From Rhodospirillaceae bacterium (GTDB lineage: Bacteria; Pseudomonadota; Alphaproteobacteria; Rhodospirillales; Magnetospirillaceae): a stretch of 64,000 nt of DNA. Where the stretch lies: positions 7,010 through 71,009 of the forward strand of contig JAYFRE010000128.1 of assembly GCA_034926235.1 (NCBI GenBank), given 5' to 3'. Position numbers and translations under genes: made by a program. Shown here piece after piece: positions 26,429 to 34,951 of the stretch. Within the stretch, counting starts at the first letter, position 1. Every line of letters starts with the position of its first letter. The notes beneath the pieces are model-generated. The model was not told the DNA's origin, ran no database searches, and saw nothing but the letters and a program-made list of their open reading frames with translations.

Positions 26429-27343
26429 TCAAAGCGATGGATGGAACGGCTTGCCGAGATCGGCAGGGGCGTTGAGGCGCGCCTTCCAGGGACCGGCTGA
26501 AATCACCGTCAGAACGATGATGGTGGCGGCATAGGGCAGCATGGCGAAAAGCTGCGGCGGTAGGTCGGCGACCCCTTGCGCATGCATTTGCAGAATCGAA
26601 ACTCCGCCGAACAGATAGGCTCCGGCCAAAACGCGCCAGGGTCGCCATGACCCGAACACCACCAGCGCGATGGCGATCCAGCCGCGCCCGGCGGTCATGT
26701 TTTCGGCCCACATCGGCGTGTAGGCCAGGGCCAGGAACGCGCCGCCCAGCCCGGCCGCCGCGCCGCCGAACAGGGTCGCGCCGTAGCGGATGCCGATCAC
26801 CGGCAATCCCAAAGAATGGGCGGAACGGGCCGATTCACCCGCCGCGCGCAGCATCAATCCCATGCGGGTGCGTTTCAGCACCCAGGCGACCAGCGCGGCC
26901 AGCGCCACCGACAGATAGACCAGGATGTCCTGGCCGAACAGCAAGGGCCCGATCACCGGCAGGTCGGACAGGCCCGGAATGTCGAGCCGGGGCAGGGCCG
27001 GCAGCGGGATACCGACAAAAGACCGCCCCAGAAGCGAGGACAGCCCGATGCCGAACAAGGTCAGCGCCAGCCCGGTGCCGACCTGGTTGGCCATCAAAGA
27101 CAGGGTCAGGACGGCGAACAAGAGCGCCATCACGGATCCGGCCAGGGCTCCGGCGATGATGCCCAGAACCCAGCTGCCGCTGGTCACGGTGACGGCGAAA
27201 CTGGTCACTGCGCCGATCAGCATCATGCCTTCGACGCCCAGATTGAGCACACCGGCGCGTTCGGCCACCAATTCGCCGATGGCGGCGAACAGCAACGGCG
27301 TGGCGGCGGCGATGACGGCCATGGCGATCGAGGTGGCGATCAT
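26429..27343 (-). CDS. ABC transporter permease (BMP/nucleoside-sugar type, second permease)
   Basis: 304 aa and very hydrophobic. Its N-terminus AATPLLFAAIGELVAERAGVLNLGVEGMM is typical of the RbsC/YufQ-type permease family. It has a 4-nt overlap with the upstream permease. Confidence 0.85.
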   Translation of the reverse strand: MIATSIAMAVIAAATPLLFAAIGELVAERAGVLNLGVEGMMLIGAVTSFAVTVTSGSWVLGIIAGALAGSVMALLFAVLTLSLMANQVGTGLALTLFGIGLSSLLGRSFVGIPLPALPRLDIPGLSDLPVIGPLLFGQDILVYLSVALAALVAWVLKRTRMGLMLRAAGESARSAHSLGLPVIGIRYGATLFGGAAAGLGGAFLALAYTPMWAENMTAGRGWIAIALVVFGSWRPWRVLAGAYLFGGVSILQMHAQGVADLPPQLFAMLPYAATIIVLTVISAGPWKARLNAPADLGKPFHPSL

Positions 27344-28425
27344 GACCGTTTCTCCGCCGAAGCCGGGGCGCGGCGCAACCGGATGTAAAAGCGCGACAGG
27401 AAGTCGCAGGCCAGCAGATAGAACAGCAGCATGCCCTGGAACACGCCGACGGCGGCGGCGGGAAGCTGGTCCTGAACCTGGGCGATTTCGCCGCCATTAT
27501 AGGACAGCGCCACCAGGAAGCCGGCGGCGATGATGCCCAGCGGGTGCAGCCGTCCCAGGAAGGCGACGATGATGGCAGTGAAGCCGTAGCCCGGCGAGAT
27601 TTGCGGCAGAAGCTGGCCGATCGGGCCTGCGATCTCGAAACAGCCGGCCAATCCGGCCAGCCCGCCGCCGGCCAGCAGCGTCATCCAGATCGTGTGGTTG
27701 CGCGAAAAACCGGCGAAACGGGCGGCTTCGGGCGCTTGTCCCGACACGTCGAGACGAAAGCCGGCCATGGTCCGCGCGCTCAAGATCCAGGCCAGCAGCG
27801 CCGCGCCCAGGGCGATCAGGATGCCTGGATGCAGTCTTGTGCCATCGACCAGCAGGGGAAGCTGCGCCGATTCGCTGAACAGCCGGGATTCGGGGAAATT
27901 GAGACCGTCCGGATCGCGCCACGGCCCAAAGACCAGGATGCTCAAGATCAGGGTGGCGATATAGGTCAGCATCAGGCTGCTCAGGATTTCATTGACGTCA
28001 AAGCGCGTCTTCAGGAAAGCGGGAATGGCGGCGTAGGCCATGCCGCCCAGCGCGCCCGCCAGCGTCATCAAGGGCAGAATCCACCAGCCGCTTTCGTTCC
28101 AGAAGGCAAGCGCCACGCCGCCCGAACAGATCGCGCCGGCGATCAATTGCCCTTCGGCCCCGATATTCCAGACATTGGCGCGAAAGCCCAGCGCCAGTCC
28201 GGTGGCGATCAGCACCAAAGGCCCGGCCTTCAGGCACAACTCGGCCAGGCCGAAGCCGGTCAGCAGCGGAGCGACCAGGAAATGATAGAGCGTGCGCGAC
28301 GGGTCCAGCCCCAGCGCCAGAAACAGGACATAGCCGCTGGCGACGGTCAGGACGACCGCCAGCAGCGGCGTCGCATAGAACAAGACCGGCGAGACGCTGC
28401 GGCGCGGTTCGATCTCAAGCCGCAT
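27340..28425 (-). CDS. ABC transporter permease (BMP/nucleoside-sugar type, first permease)
   Basis: 361 aa multi-TM protein. The family motif FRANVWNIGAEGQLIAGA is present and the gene sits between the ATPase and the second permease. Confidence 0.85.
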   Translation of the reverse strand: MRLEIEPRRSVSPVLFYATPLLAVVLTVASGYVLFLALGLDPSRTLYHFLVAPLLTGFGLAELCLKAGPLVLIATGLALGFRANVWNIGAEGQLIAGAICSGGVALAFWNESGWWILPLMTLAGALGGMAYAAIPAFLKTRFDVNEILSSLMLTYIATLILSILVFGPWRDPDGLNFPESRLFSESAQLPLLVDGTRLHPGILIALGAALLAWILSARTMAGFRLDVSGQAPEAARFAGFSRNHTIWMTLLAGGGLAGLAGCFEIAGPIGQLLPQISPGYGFTAIIVAFLGRLHPLGIIAAGFLVALSYNGGEIAQVQDQLPAAAVGVFQGMLLFYLLACDFLSRFYIRLRRAPASAEKRS

Positions 28426-29983
28426 GGGTTTGTCCTTTGGCGTCCGCCGCGCCGCCCATCAGCAATCCGATCGCTTCAGCGGAAACGTCGCTGGTCGGCA
28501 TCGGCGGCGTCAGGCGGCCCAGATGAATCACCATCAGCCGGTCCGACAAAGCGAGCAGCTCGTCCAGATCCTGGGAAATCACCACGATTCCGGCGCCGCG
28601 CCGCGCGAGGTCGAACAAAGCCTGATGAATGGCCGCCGCCGCGCCCGCATCGACACCCCAGGTCGGCTGGGCGATGATCAGCGCCTTGGGATTTTGCAGG
28701 ATGTCGCGTCCGACGACGAATTTTTGCAGATTGCCGCCGGACAGCGTGCCGGCTGCGGCCTGCGGCCCGTCCGCCTTGACTCCATAGGCGTCGATGATGC
28801 GCCGGGCGAAAGCCATGGCCTTGCTTTTGCGCAACAGCCCATGCCTCGACAACGCCATGCCGCCGCGCGCCGACAATAGGGTATTGGCGGCCAGGCTCAT
28901 TCCCAGCACGGCGGTGCAGCCGTCCCGTTTTTCCGGCACGGCATAAAGCCCCTGGGCGCGTCGCTGCTCGAAATCGAGTTTGCCGACAGGCTGACCGTCG
29001 AATTGGATGCGGCTGGCATCGGGCAGCAGCCTTTCACCCGACAGTGCGGCCATCAATTCATCCTGGCCGTTGCCCGATACGCCGGCAATGCCCAAAATCT
29101 CGCCCGCCGCCAGGCTGAAGCCGACATCCTTGAGCGCAACTCCGAAAGGCTGATCGGCGGGCAAATTCAGCCCGGAGACGACCAGCCGGGGTGCGCCCAC
29201 AGCCTCGTTCCGCTGCCGGCTGGCGGTCGCCGGAACGCCGCCGATCATGAGCTGGGCCATGCTTTGAGCCGATTCCTTGGCCGGATCGCAGCTTCCGACC
29301 ACGCGGCCGCCACGCAGAATGGTGGCATGCTGGCACAGCTCCTGCAATTCGTAGAGCTTGTGTGAAATATAGAGGATCGAACAGCCTTCCGCCGCCAGAC
29401 GGCGCAGTGTTTCAAAAAGCTGACGGGTTTCCTGCGGGGTCAGAACCGATGTCGGTTCGTCCATGATCAACAGTCTGGGGTCCTGCAACAGGCAGCGGAC
29501 GATTTCGACCCGCTGGCGTTCCCCTACCGACAGGGTATGGATGTCGCGGTCTGGGTCCAGGGCCAGCCCATAGGACGCCGACAATTCGGCGATGCGGCGG
29601 CTAAGCGCCTTCATACCGCCCGATTGATTGAGGCCGAGCGCGATATTCTCGGCCACCGTCATCGCCTCGAACAGCGAGAAATGCTGGAACACCATGCCGA
29701 TGCCAAGCGCGCGCGCCGCGCGCGGGGAATCGATTCGCACCACGCGCCCGTTCCACAGAATCTCGCCCTCGTCGGGCTGAAGAATGCCGTAGATGATCTT
29801 GACGATGGTGCTTTTGCCAGCGCCGTTCTCGCCCAGCAGGGCGTGGATCTGCCCTGGCGCAACCTCGAAGCCGATCCGGTCGTTGGCCTGGACGGCTTGG
29901 AAGCGCTTGCTGATGTTCCGGACGGCCAAACGGGGAGGCTGTGCAACCTCGATCTTGGACAAACCTGGTTCCTTCGCCGCCAA
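28415..29983 (-). CDS. ABC transporter ATP-binding protein with duplicated ATPase domains
   Basis: 522 aa. Walker A GENGAGKST, signature LSVGERQR and Walker B LLIMDEPTSVL in the first domain. Degenerate second domain with LSGGNLQKF and ALIIAQPTWGVD. Confidence 0.85.
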   Translation of the reverse strand: MAAKEPGLSKIEVAQPPRLAVRNISKRFQAVQANDRIGFEVAPGQIHALLGENGAGKSTIVKIIYGILQPDEGEILWNGRVVRIDSPRAARALGIGMVFQHFSLFEAMTVAENIALGLNQSGGMKALSRRIAELSASYGLALDPDRDIHTLSVGERQRVEIVRCLLQDPRLLIMDEPTSVLTPQETRQLFETLRRLAAEGCSILYISHKLYELQELCQHATILRGGRVVGSCDPAKESAQSMAQLMIGGVPATASRQRNEAVGAPRLVVSGLNLPADQPFGVALKDVGFSLAAGEILGIAGVSGNGQDELMAALSGERLLPDASRIQFDGQPVGKLDFEQRRAQGLYAVPEKRDGCTAVLGMSLAANTLLSARGGMALSRHGLLRKSKAMAFARRIIDAYGVKADGPQAAAGTLSGGNLQKFVVGRDILQNPKALIIAQPTWGVDAGAAAAIHQALFDLARRGAGIVVISQDLDELLALSDRLMVIHLGRLTPPMPTSDVSAEAIGLLMGGAADAKGQTHAA

Positions 29984-30095
29984 TTCCCTCGCTCAAGGCC
30001 CCCCTCATAGGCCATTTCGGCGCGGGATGGAAGGGCGATGAGACGGGAAACCCCCGGCCGGAAAAAATCCGGCCGGGGGTTTCGGCGGCAGGAGC

Positions 30096-31208
30096 CTAAA
30101 GCAGAGAGGCGGCAGGCGTGTAGCTGTAGCCCAACGCGTCGGCCACGGCCTTGAAAGTGACCTTGCCGTCATGGACGTTAAGACCGGCCCGAAGATGGAC
30201 ATCGTCGGTCAGAGCCCGTTTCCATCCCTTGTTGGCAAGCGCCATGGCGAAGGGCAGAGTGGCGCTGGCCAGGGCGAAGGTCGATGTGCGCGCCACCGCT
30301 CCCGGCATGTTGGTGACGCAATAATGGGTGACGCCATCGACGGTGAAGGTCGGTTCGGCGTGGGTGGTGGGACGGCTGGTTTCAAAGCAGCCGCCTTGAT
30401 CGATGGCGATATCGACCAGCACCGAGCCCGGGCGCATGGTTTTGACCATTTCGGCGCTGACCAGCTTGGGCGTGGTCGCGCCGGCGATCAACACCGCGCC
30501 GATGACCAGATCGGCCTCGGCGACCAGTTCGGCGACGGCGGCTTTGGTCGAGAATACGGTCGAAACGACGGTGCCGAAACGGTCGTTGGCGCGTCGCAAA
30601 GCGGGCAGGGAGCGATCGACCAGCGTCACCTTGGCGCCCATGCCAAGAGCGATCAGGGCGGCGTTGGACCCGGCGACGCCCGCGCCCAGGATGACGACCC
30701 GGCCCGGGGCGACGCCCGGCACGCCAGCCAGCAGTACGCCGCTGCCGCCATGGGCTTTTTCCAGACAGGCCGCGCCGACCTGGACCGACATGCGACCAGC
30801 GACTTCCGACATCGGCGTCAGCAAGGGCAGGCTGCCATCGGGCGCGGTGACGGTTTCATAGGCGACGCAGGTCGCGCCGCTGGCGACCAGATCCCTGGTC
30901 TGTTCGGCGTCGGGGGCCAGATGGAGATAGGTGTAAAGAAGCTGGCCGGGGCGCAGCTTTTTGCGTTCGGCCGCCAACGGCTCCTTGACCTTGACGATCA
31001 TCTCGGCCTTGGCGAAGACTGTGTCGGCGTTGGCGGCGATTTCCGCGCCGGCCTTGATGTAATCGGCATCGCTGATGCCGGCGCCGATACCGGCGCCTGC
31101 CTCGATCAGGACAGTGTGGCCGGCGCCGACCAGTTCGGCGACGCCGGCGGGAACCAGCCCGACCCGATACTCATGAATCTTGATTTCCTTGGGGACACCA
31201 ATGCGCAC
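30096..31208 (-). CDS. ald: Alanine dehydrogenase
   Basis: VRIGVPKEIKIHEYRVGLVPAGV... and the Rossmann motif VVILGAGVAGSNA. I place the start at the GTG at 31208, 5 nt after GGAGG, giving 370 aa. The 407-aa track ORF is over-extended. Confidence 0.9.
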   Translation of the reverse strand: MRIGVPKEIKIHEYRVGLVPAGVAELVGAGHTVLIEAGAGIGAGISDADYIKAGAEIAANADTVFAKAEMIVKVKEPLAAERKKLRPGQLLYTYLHLAPDAEQTRDLVASGATCVAYETVTAPDGSLPLLTPMSEVAGRMSVQVGAACLEKAHGGSGVLLAGVPGVAPGRVVILGAGVAGSNAALIALGMGAKVTLVDRSLPALRRANDRFGTVVSTVFSTKAAVAELVAEADLVIGAVLIAGATTPKLVSAEMVKTMRPGSVLVDIAIDQGGCFETSRPTTHAEPTFTVDGVTHYCVTNMPGAVARTSTFALASATLPFAMALANKGWKRALTDDVHLRAGLNVHDGKVTFKAVADALGYSYTPAASLL

Positions 31209-31349
31209 GGGAACCTCCAGCCGCGAAGAATTAAGATAGGTCATTATGACGCGGAATCTGTCGCATTTGCCGCTGAAATGAGAGGGCATGACGGGGCTTA
31301 TTGCACAAAAAATTGACAAAAATCAAAAATGACGAAAGGATATGCAATC

Positions 31350-31808
31350 ATGACTTTGGATAGCCGCGATCGCGCCATTTTAACCTATCTGCAAGCCGAC
31401 GCCCGGCTCACCAATATCGAGCTGGCCGAGCGGGTCGGATTGTCGCCGTCGGCCTGTCTGCGCCGGGTGCGCCTGCTCGAAGAAATGGGGTTGGCCGAGG
31501 CTTATGTTCTGCTGCTCAACCCGTCGGTGGCCGGATTTTCCGGCAACGCTTTCGTCCAGATCACGCTGGCCGAACAGGGGCGCGAATCGCTGGACCGATT
31601 CGAGCGCGCGGTGGCCGATATCGGCGAGGTTCAGGCCTGCTATCTGCTGGCCGGTCAGGCCGATTATCTGCTGCATGTCGTCTATAAGAACAGCGCCGAT
31701 CTGGAACGCATCCACGCCGACATCCTGACATGCCTGCCGGGCGTGGTGCGGGTCCAATCGATCCTGTCATTGCGCACGGTCAAACGCACGACGGCGCTGC
31801 CGATCTGA
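31350..31808 (+). CDS. Lrp/AsnC family transcriptional regulator (divergent from ald)
   Basis: LDSRDRAILTYLQADARLTNIELAERVGLSPSACLRRVRLLEE is the AsnC-type HTH. The C-terminal RAM domain contains ADYLLHV. An alternative start is at 31329. Confidence 0.85.
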   Translation: MTLDSRDRAILTYLQADARLTNIELAERVGLSPSACLRRVRLLEEMGLAEAYVLLLNPSVAGFSGNAFVQITLAEQGRESLDRFERAVADIGEVQACYLLAGQADYLLHVVYKNSADLERIHADILTCLPGVVRVQSILSLRTVKRTTALPI

Positions 31809-31913
31809 TCGCTGTCCGGAATTGTTCAAAAATATCGACGACCTCATCTGCCGATAATCGCCTTATAGCCTTATCTATAGGGGCCATTTTTCTTATGGGG
31901 CGAAACACACGCC

Positions 31914-32306
31914 ATGCGAAACGCTGACATCCGGCTGGCTCTGGACGAACTGCTCAATCAACGACACCTTCCGCTGGACGATGTCCTCGACCGTCATTTC
32001 AGTCCCGAATACCGGCAGCGCACCAATGGGCATTGGGACGACCGGGAGGCATTTTCCCGTCATGCGCAGAAACTGCGCGAGGTGGTGGCGTCGGCCCGCA
32101 TCGAGGTGCTGGACGAAATCCGCGACGGCAACCGCTATGCCGACCGTCATCGCGTTCATGTCACCAAGCATGACGGCGGAGAGGTCGTGCAGGAGGTCTA
32201 TCTGTTTGCAGAATTGGACGCCGCCGGACGTTTTCTGCGGGTCGAGGAAGCCACATTGATGCTGGAAGGCTTGGAGTCCGACCGCGGGATGGGCAGCATG
32301 AAATGA
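31914..32306 (+). CDS. Small NTF2/SnoaL-like fold protein (function unknown)
   Basis: 130 aa with coding-like composition and a good terminator. The pattern of conserved aromatic/acidic positions (DRHFSPEY..., NRYADRHRVHV..., EVYLFAELD) resembles SnoaL-like proteins. This is a weak call. Confidence 0.4.
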   Translation: MRNADIRLALDELLNQRHLPLDDVLDRHFSPEYRQRTNGHWDDREAFSRHAQKLREVVASARIEVLDEIRDGNRYADRHRVHVTKHDGGEVVQEVYLFAELDAAGRFLRVEEATLMLEGLESDRGMGSMK

Positions 32307-32346
32307 AAAAAACCGCCCGTCCGGTTTCCCGGGCGGGCGGTTTTTT
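32305..32346. terminator. Bidirectional rho-independent terminator
   Basis: A7-8 tract, stem CCGCCCGTCCGG (32313-32324), loop TTTC, CCGGGCGGGCGG (32329-32340, one G-U pair), then T6. It lies between the convergent NTF2-like and aminotransferase genes. Confidence 0.65.
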
Positions 32347-32361
32347 GCGGTATCCGCCGGA

Positions 32362-33681
32362 TCAGGCGGTGGCTTTGATCGCGTCGGCCAGGATGCCGAT
32401 CAGCGTGTCGATCTGGGGCTTGTCGATGATCAGGGGCGGGGACAGGGCGATGATGTCGCCGGTGGTGCGGATCAGCGCGCCCTTCTCGAAGCATTTGACG
32501 AACACATCATAGGCCCTGGCGCCCGGCGCGCCGTCGCGCGAGGACAATTCGATACCGGCGGTCAGGCCGATATTGCGGATGTCGATGATGTTCGGCAGGC
32601 CCTTCAGCGCATGGACCGCGTCTTCCCAATAAGGGGACAGTTCGGCGGCGCGGGTCAGCAGTCCTTCTTCCTGATAGACGTCCAACGCCGCCAGACCGGC
32701 TGCGGTGGCGACCGGGTGGGCCGAATAGGTGTAGCCGTGCAGGAATTCGATCGCGCTTTCGGGCCCCTGCATGAAGGCGTCATAAACCTTGTCGGAGGCG
32801 AACACCGCGCCCATCGGGATGGCGGCGTTGGTCAGACCCTTGGCGGTGGTCATGATGTCCGGGGTGACGCCCAGAAGCTGCGATCCGAACGGCGCGCCCA
32901 GGCGGCCGAAACCGGTGATGACCTCGTCGAAGATCAGCAGGATGCCGTATTTGTCGCAGATGGCGCGCAGCCGCTCCAGATAGCCCTTGGGCGGCACCAG
33001 CACGCCGGTCGAACCGGACATCGGCTCGACGATGACGGCGGCGATGGTCGATGCGTCATGCAGCGCCACCAGCCGTTCCAGATCGTCGGCCAGTTCCGCG
33101 CCCCAGGCCGGCTGTCCCCGGGTGAAGGCGTTCTTTTCCAGATTATGGGTGTGGCGCAGATGATCGACGCCGGGCAGAAGCGGGCCGAAATGCTTGCGAT
33201 TGCTGCCGATGCCGCCGACCGAGAGACCGCCGAAATTGATGCCGTGATAGGCGCGTTCGCGCCCGATCAGGCGGATGCGGCTGGCATCGCCCTTCATGCG
33301 GTGATAGGCCAGCGCCATCTTGAGCGCGGTGTCGGCCGATTCGGACCCGGAATTGGTGTAGAAGACGTGATTGAGCGAGCCCGGCGCTAATTCCGCCAGG
33401 CGCGTGGACAGGCGGAACGCGTCGGGATGGCCGATCTGGAAGGTGGGGGCGAAATCCAGCTCGGCGATCTTGGCCTGCACCGCTTTGACGATCTTGTCGC
33501 GGCAATGGCCGGCGTTGCTGCACCACAGGCCCGAGGTGCCGTCCAGAACCTGGCGGCCGTCGGCGCTGGTGTAATACATGCCCTTGGCGCTGACCAGCAG
33601 GCGGGGCTTGGCCTTGAACTGCCGGTTGGCGGTAAAGGGCATCCAGAAGGCGGAGAGATCGTTCGGACGATTTTCGGGCAT
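32362..33681 (-). CDS. Class-III (omega) aminotransferase, beta-alanine-pyruvate transaminase type
   Basis: 439 aa from MPENRPNDLSAFWMPFTANRQFK (N-terminus typical of omega-amino acid:pyruvate transaminases). It also has LIFDEVITGFGRLG and TTAKGLTN (PLP Lys). Confidence 0.85.
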   Translation of the reverse strand: MPENRPNDLSAFWMPFTANRQFKAKPRLLVSAKGMYYTSADGRQVLDGTSGLWCSNAGHCRDKIVKAVQAKIAELDFAPTFQIGHPDAFRLSTRLAELAPGSLNHVFYTNSGSESADTALKMALAYHRMKGDASRIRLIGRERAYHGINFGGLSVGGIGSNRKHFGPLLPGVDHLRHTHNLEKNAFTRGQPAWGAELADDLERLVALHDASTIAAVIVEPMSGSTGVLVPPKGYLERLRAICDKYGILLIFDEVITGFGRLGAPFGSQLLGVTPDIMTTAKGLTNAAIPMGAVFASDKVYDAFMQGPESAIEFLHGYTYSAHPVATAAGLAALDVYQEEGLLTRAAELSPYWEDAVHALKGLPNIIDIRNIGLTAGIELSSRDGAPGARAYDVFVKCFEKGALIRTTGDIIALSPPLIIDKPQIDTLIGILADAIKATA

Positions 33682-33845
33682 CGGCGTTACGTTCCTGGCA
33701 ACGAGGGCGGGAAAGGGAAACCCAAGAGTCCTCCGTTTGCCGATCTTAAACAAGATGCTTTCTTATGAATTCGTAACATATTGTATTTAATCAATAAGCG
33801 TTGTTTACTGTTTATTATATTGAACACCGGAAAAGGGCGGGTGCG

Positions 33846-34394
33846 ATGGAAGACGAGGTTGGGGCGCGTTTGAAGGCGGTCAGGCAGCAGCATAAATTGT
33901 CGCAGCGTGAAATGGCGCGCCGCGCCGGCGTTACCAATGCAACGATTTCATTGATTGAATCGGGGCGCCTCAATCCGTCGGTCGGCGTGCTGAAACGGGT
34001 TCTGGACGGCATTCCTATGGGGCTGGCCGATTTCTTCGCCATGGAGATCGATAACCCGCCCAAGCTTTTCTTCGCCGCGAACGATCTGGTCGAAATCGCT
34101 TCGGGCGCAATTTCCTACCGTCAGGTCGGACGGGATCTGGGGCCGCGCGCGGTGCAGATCATGGCCGAACGCTATGCGCCCGGCGGCGATACCGGTCGCG
34201 TGGCTTTAAGCCATGAAGGTGAGGAAGGCGGGATCGTGCTGTCGGGCCGGCTTGAGATCACGGCCGGCGATCAGGTGCGCGTCCTGGGGCCGGGGGAAGC
34301 CTATTATCTCGACAGCCGGATACCGCACCGTTTCCGCAATGTCGGGCGCACCGATTGCGAGGTGATCAGCGCCTGCACGCCGCCCAGTTTCTGA
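33846..34394 (+). CDS. XRE-family HTH plus cupin-domain transcriptional regulator (PuuR-like)
   Basis: HTH region VGARLKAVRQQHKLSQREMARRAGVTNATISLIESG and a C-terminal cupin (HEGEEGGIVLSGRLEI...IPHRFRN). It is divergent from the aminotransferase gene. Confidence 0.8.
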   Translation: MEDEVGARLKAVRQQHKLSQREMARRAGVTNATISLIESGRLNPSVGVLKRVLDGIPMGLADFFAMEIDNPPKLFFAANDLVEIASGAISYRQVGRDLGPRAVQIMAERYAPGGDTGRVALSHEGEEGGIVLSGRLEITAGDQVRVLGPGEAYYLDSRIPHRFRNVGRTDCEVISACTPPSF

Positions 34395-34951
34395 AGAAAA
34401 GAACCATGCTGCCTTAATGATCCCCATGCGGGAGAGGAACAATCGCGTCGATAGGGTGCACAGGACCCGTTCCCAGTCCGCCGAGACAACAAGCATCGAT
34501 GGCCCCAAGAAAAATGGGAACGATGTCTATACAGGGTTGTTTTTTATCACAACGAATTTGACGTCTAAGGCGAATAACGCGTTTTTTTGTGAAAAAACTC
34601 TCTTTTACGTTGTGGAAAAAGTTTCGATTTACGTCATAATCATACTCGCCTGATAAGCAGGCTGGACCTGAAGATAGGGCGGAAGCGGGAAGATATCGCC
34701 AAGGCGGGCGCTGCTTCCGCGGTACGGTTCAAGGTGACGGCGCATGCAGGAAGACAGGCATTGAAAACCCTGTCCGGCGGTGCAGGAGCCTTTTCCGTTC
34801 CTGTTGGTCCGACCCGGAAATATCCGGCGCCGGGCGGCCTGCGAGCAGCCAGATTCCGGGGACATAAGGATGAATGCCGGCTCATGCCGGACAGATACGG
34901 TTCTGGGTTTTTGTGAAGAACCGGTCGATGGTCTGACAGCGCGAGGTTTTC

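Noticed and set aside
34641-34951. Known riboswitch (cobalamin, c-di-GMP, glycine) in the leader of the GGDEF-EAL gene
   Set aside because: I could not find the conserved cores: no B12 box, no GEMM-type GCAAA/ACGCACAGGGC elements and no glycine-type GGAGAG...CACCG. Only generic local hairpins are present, so it is kept as an unclassified leader.
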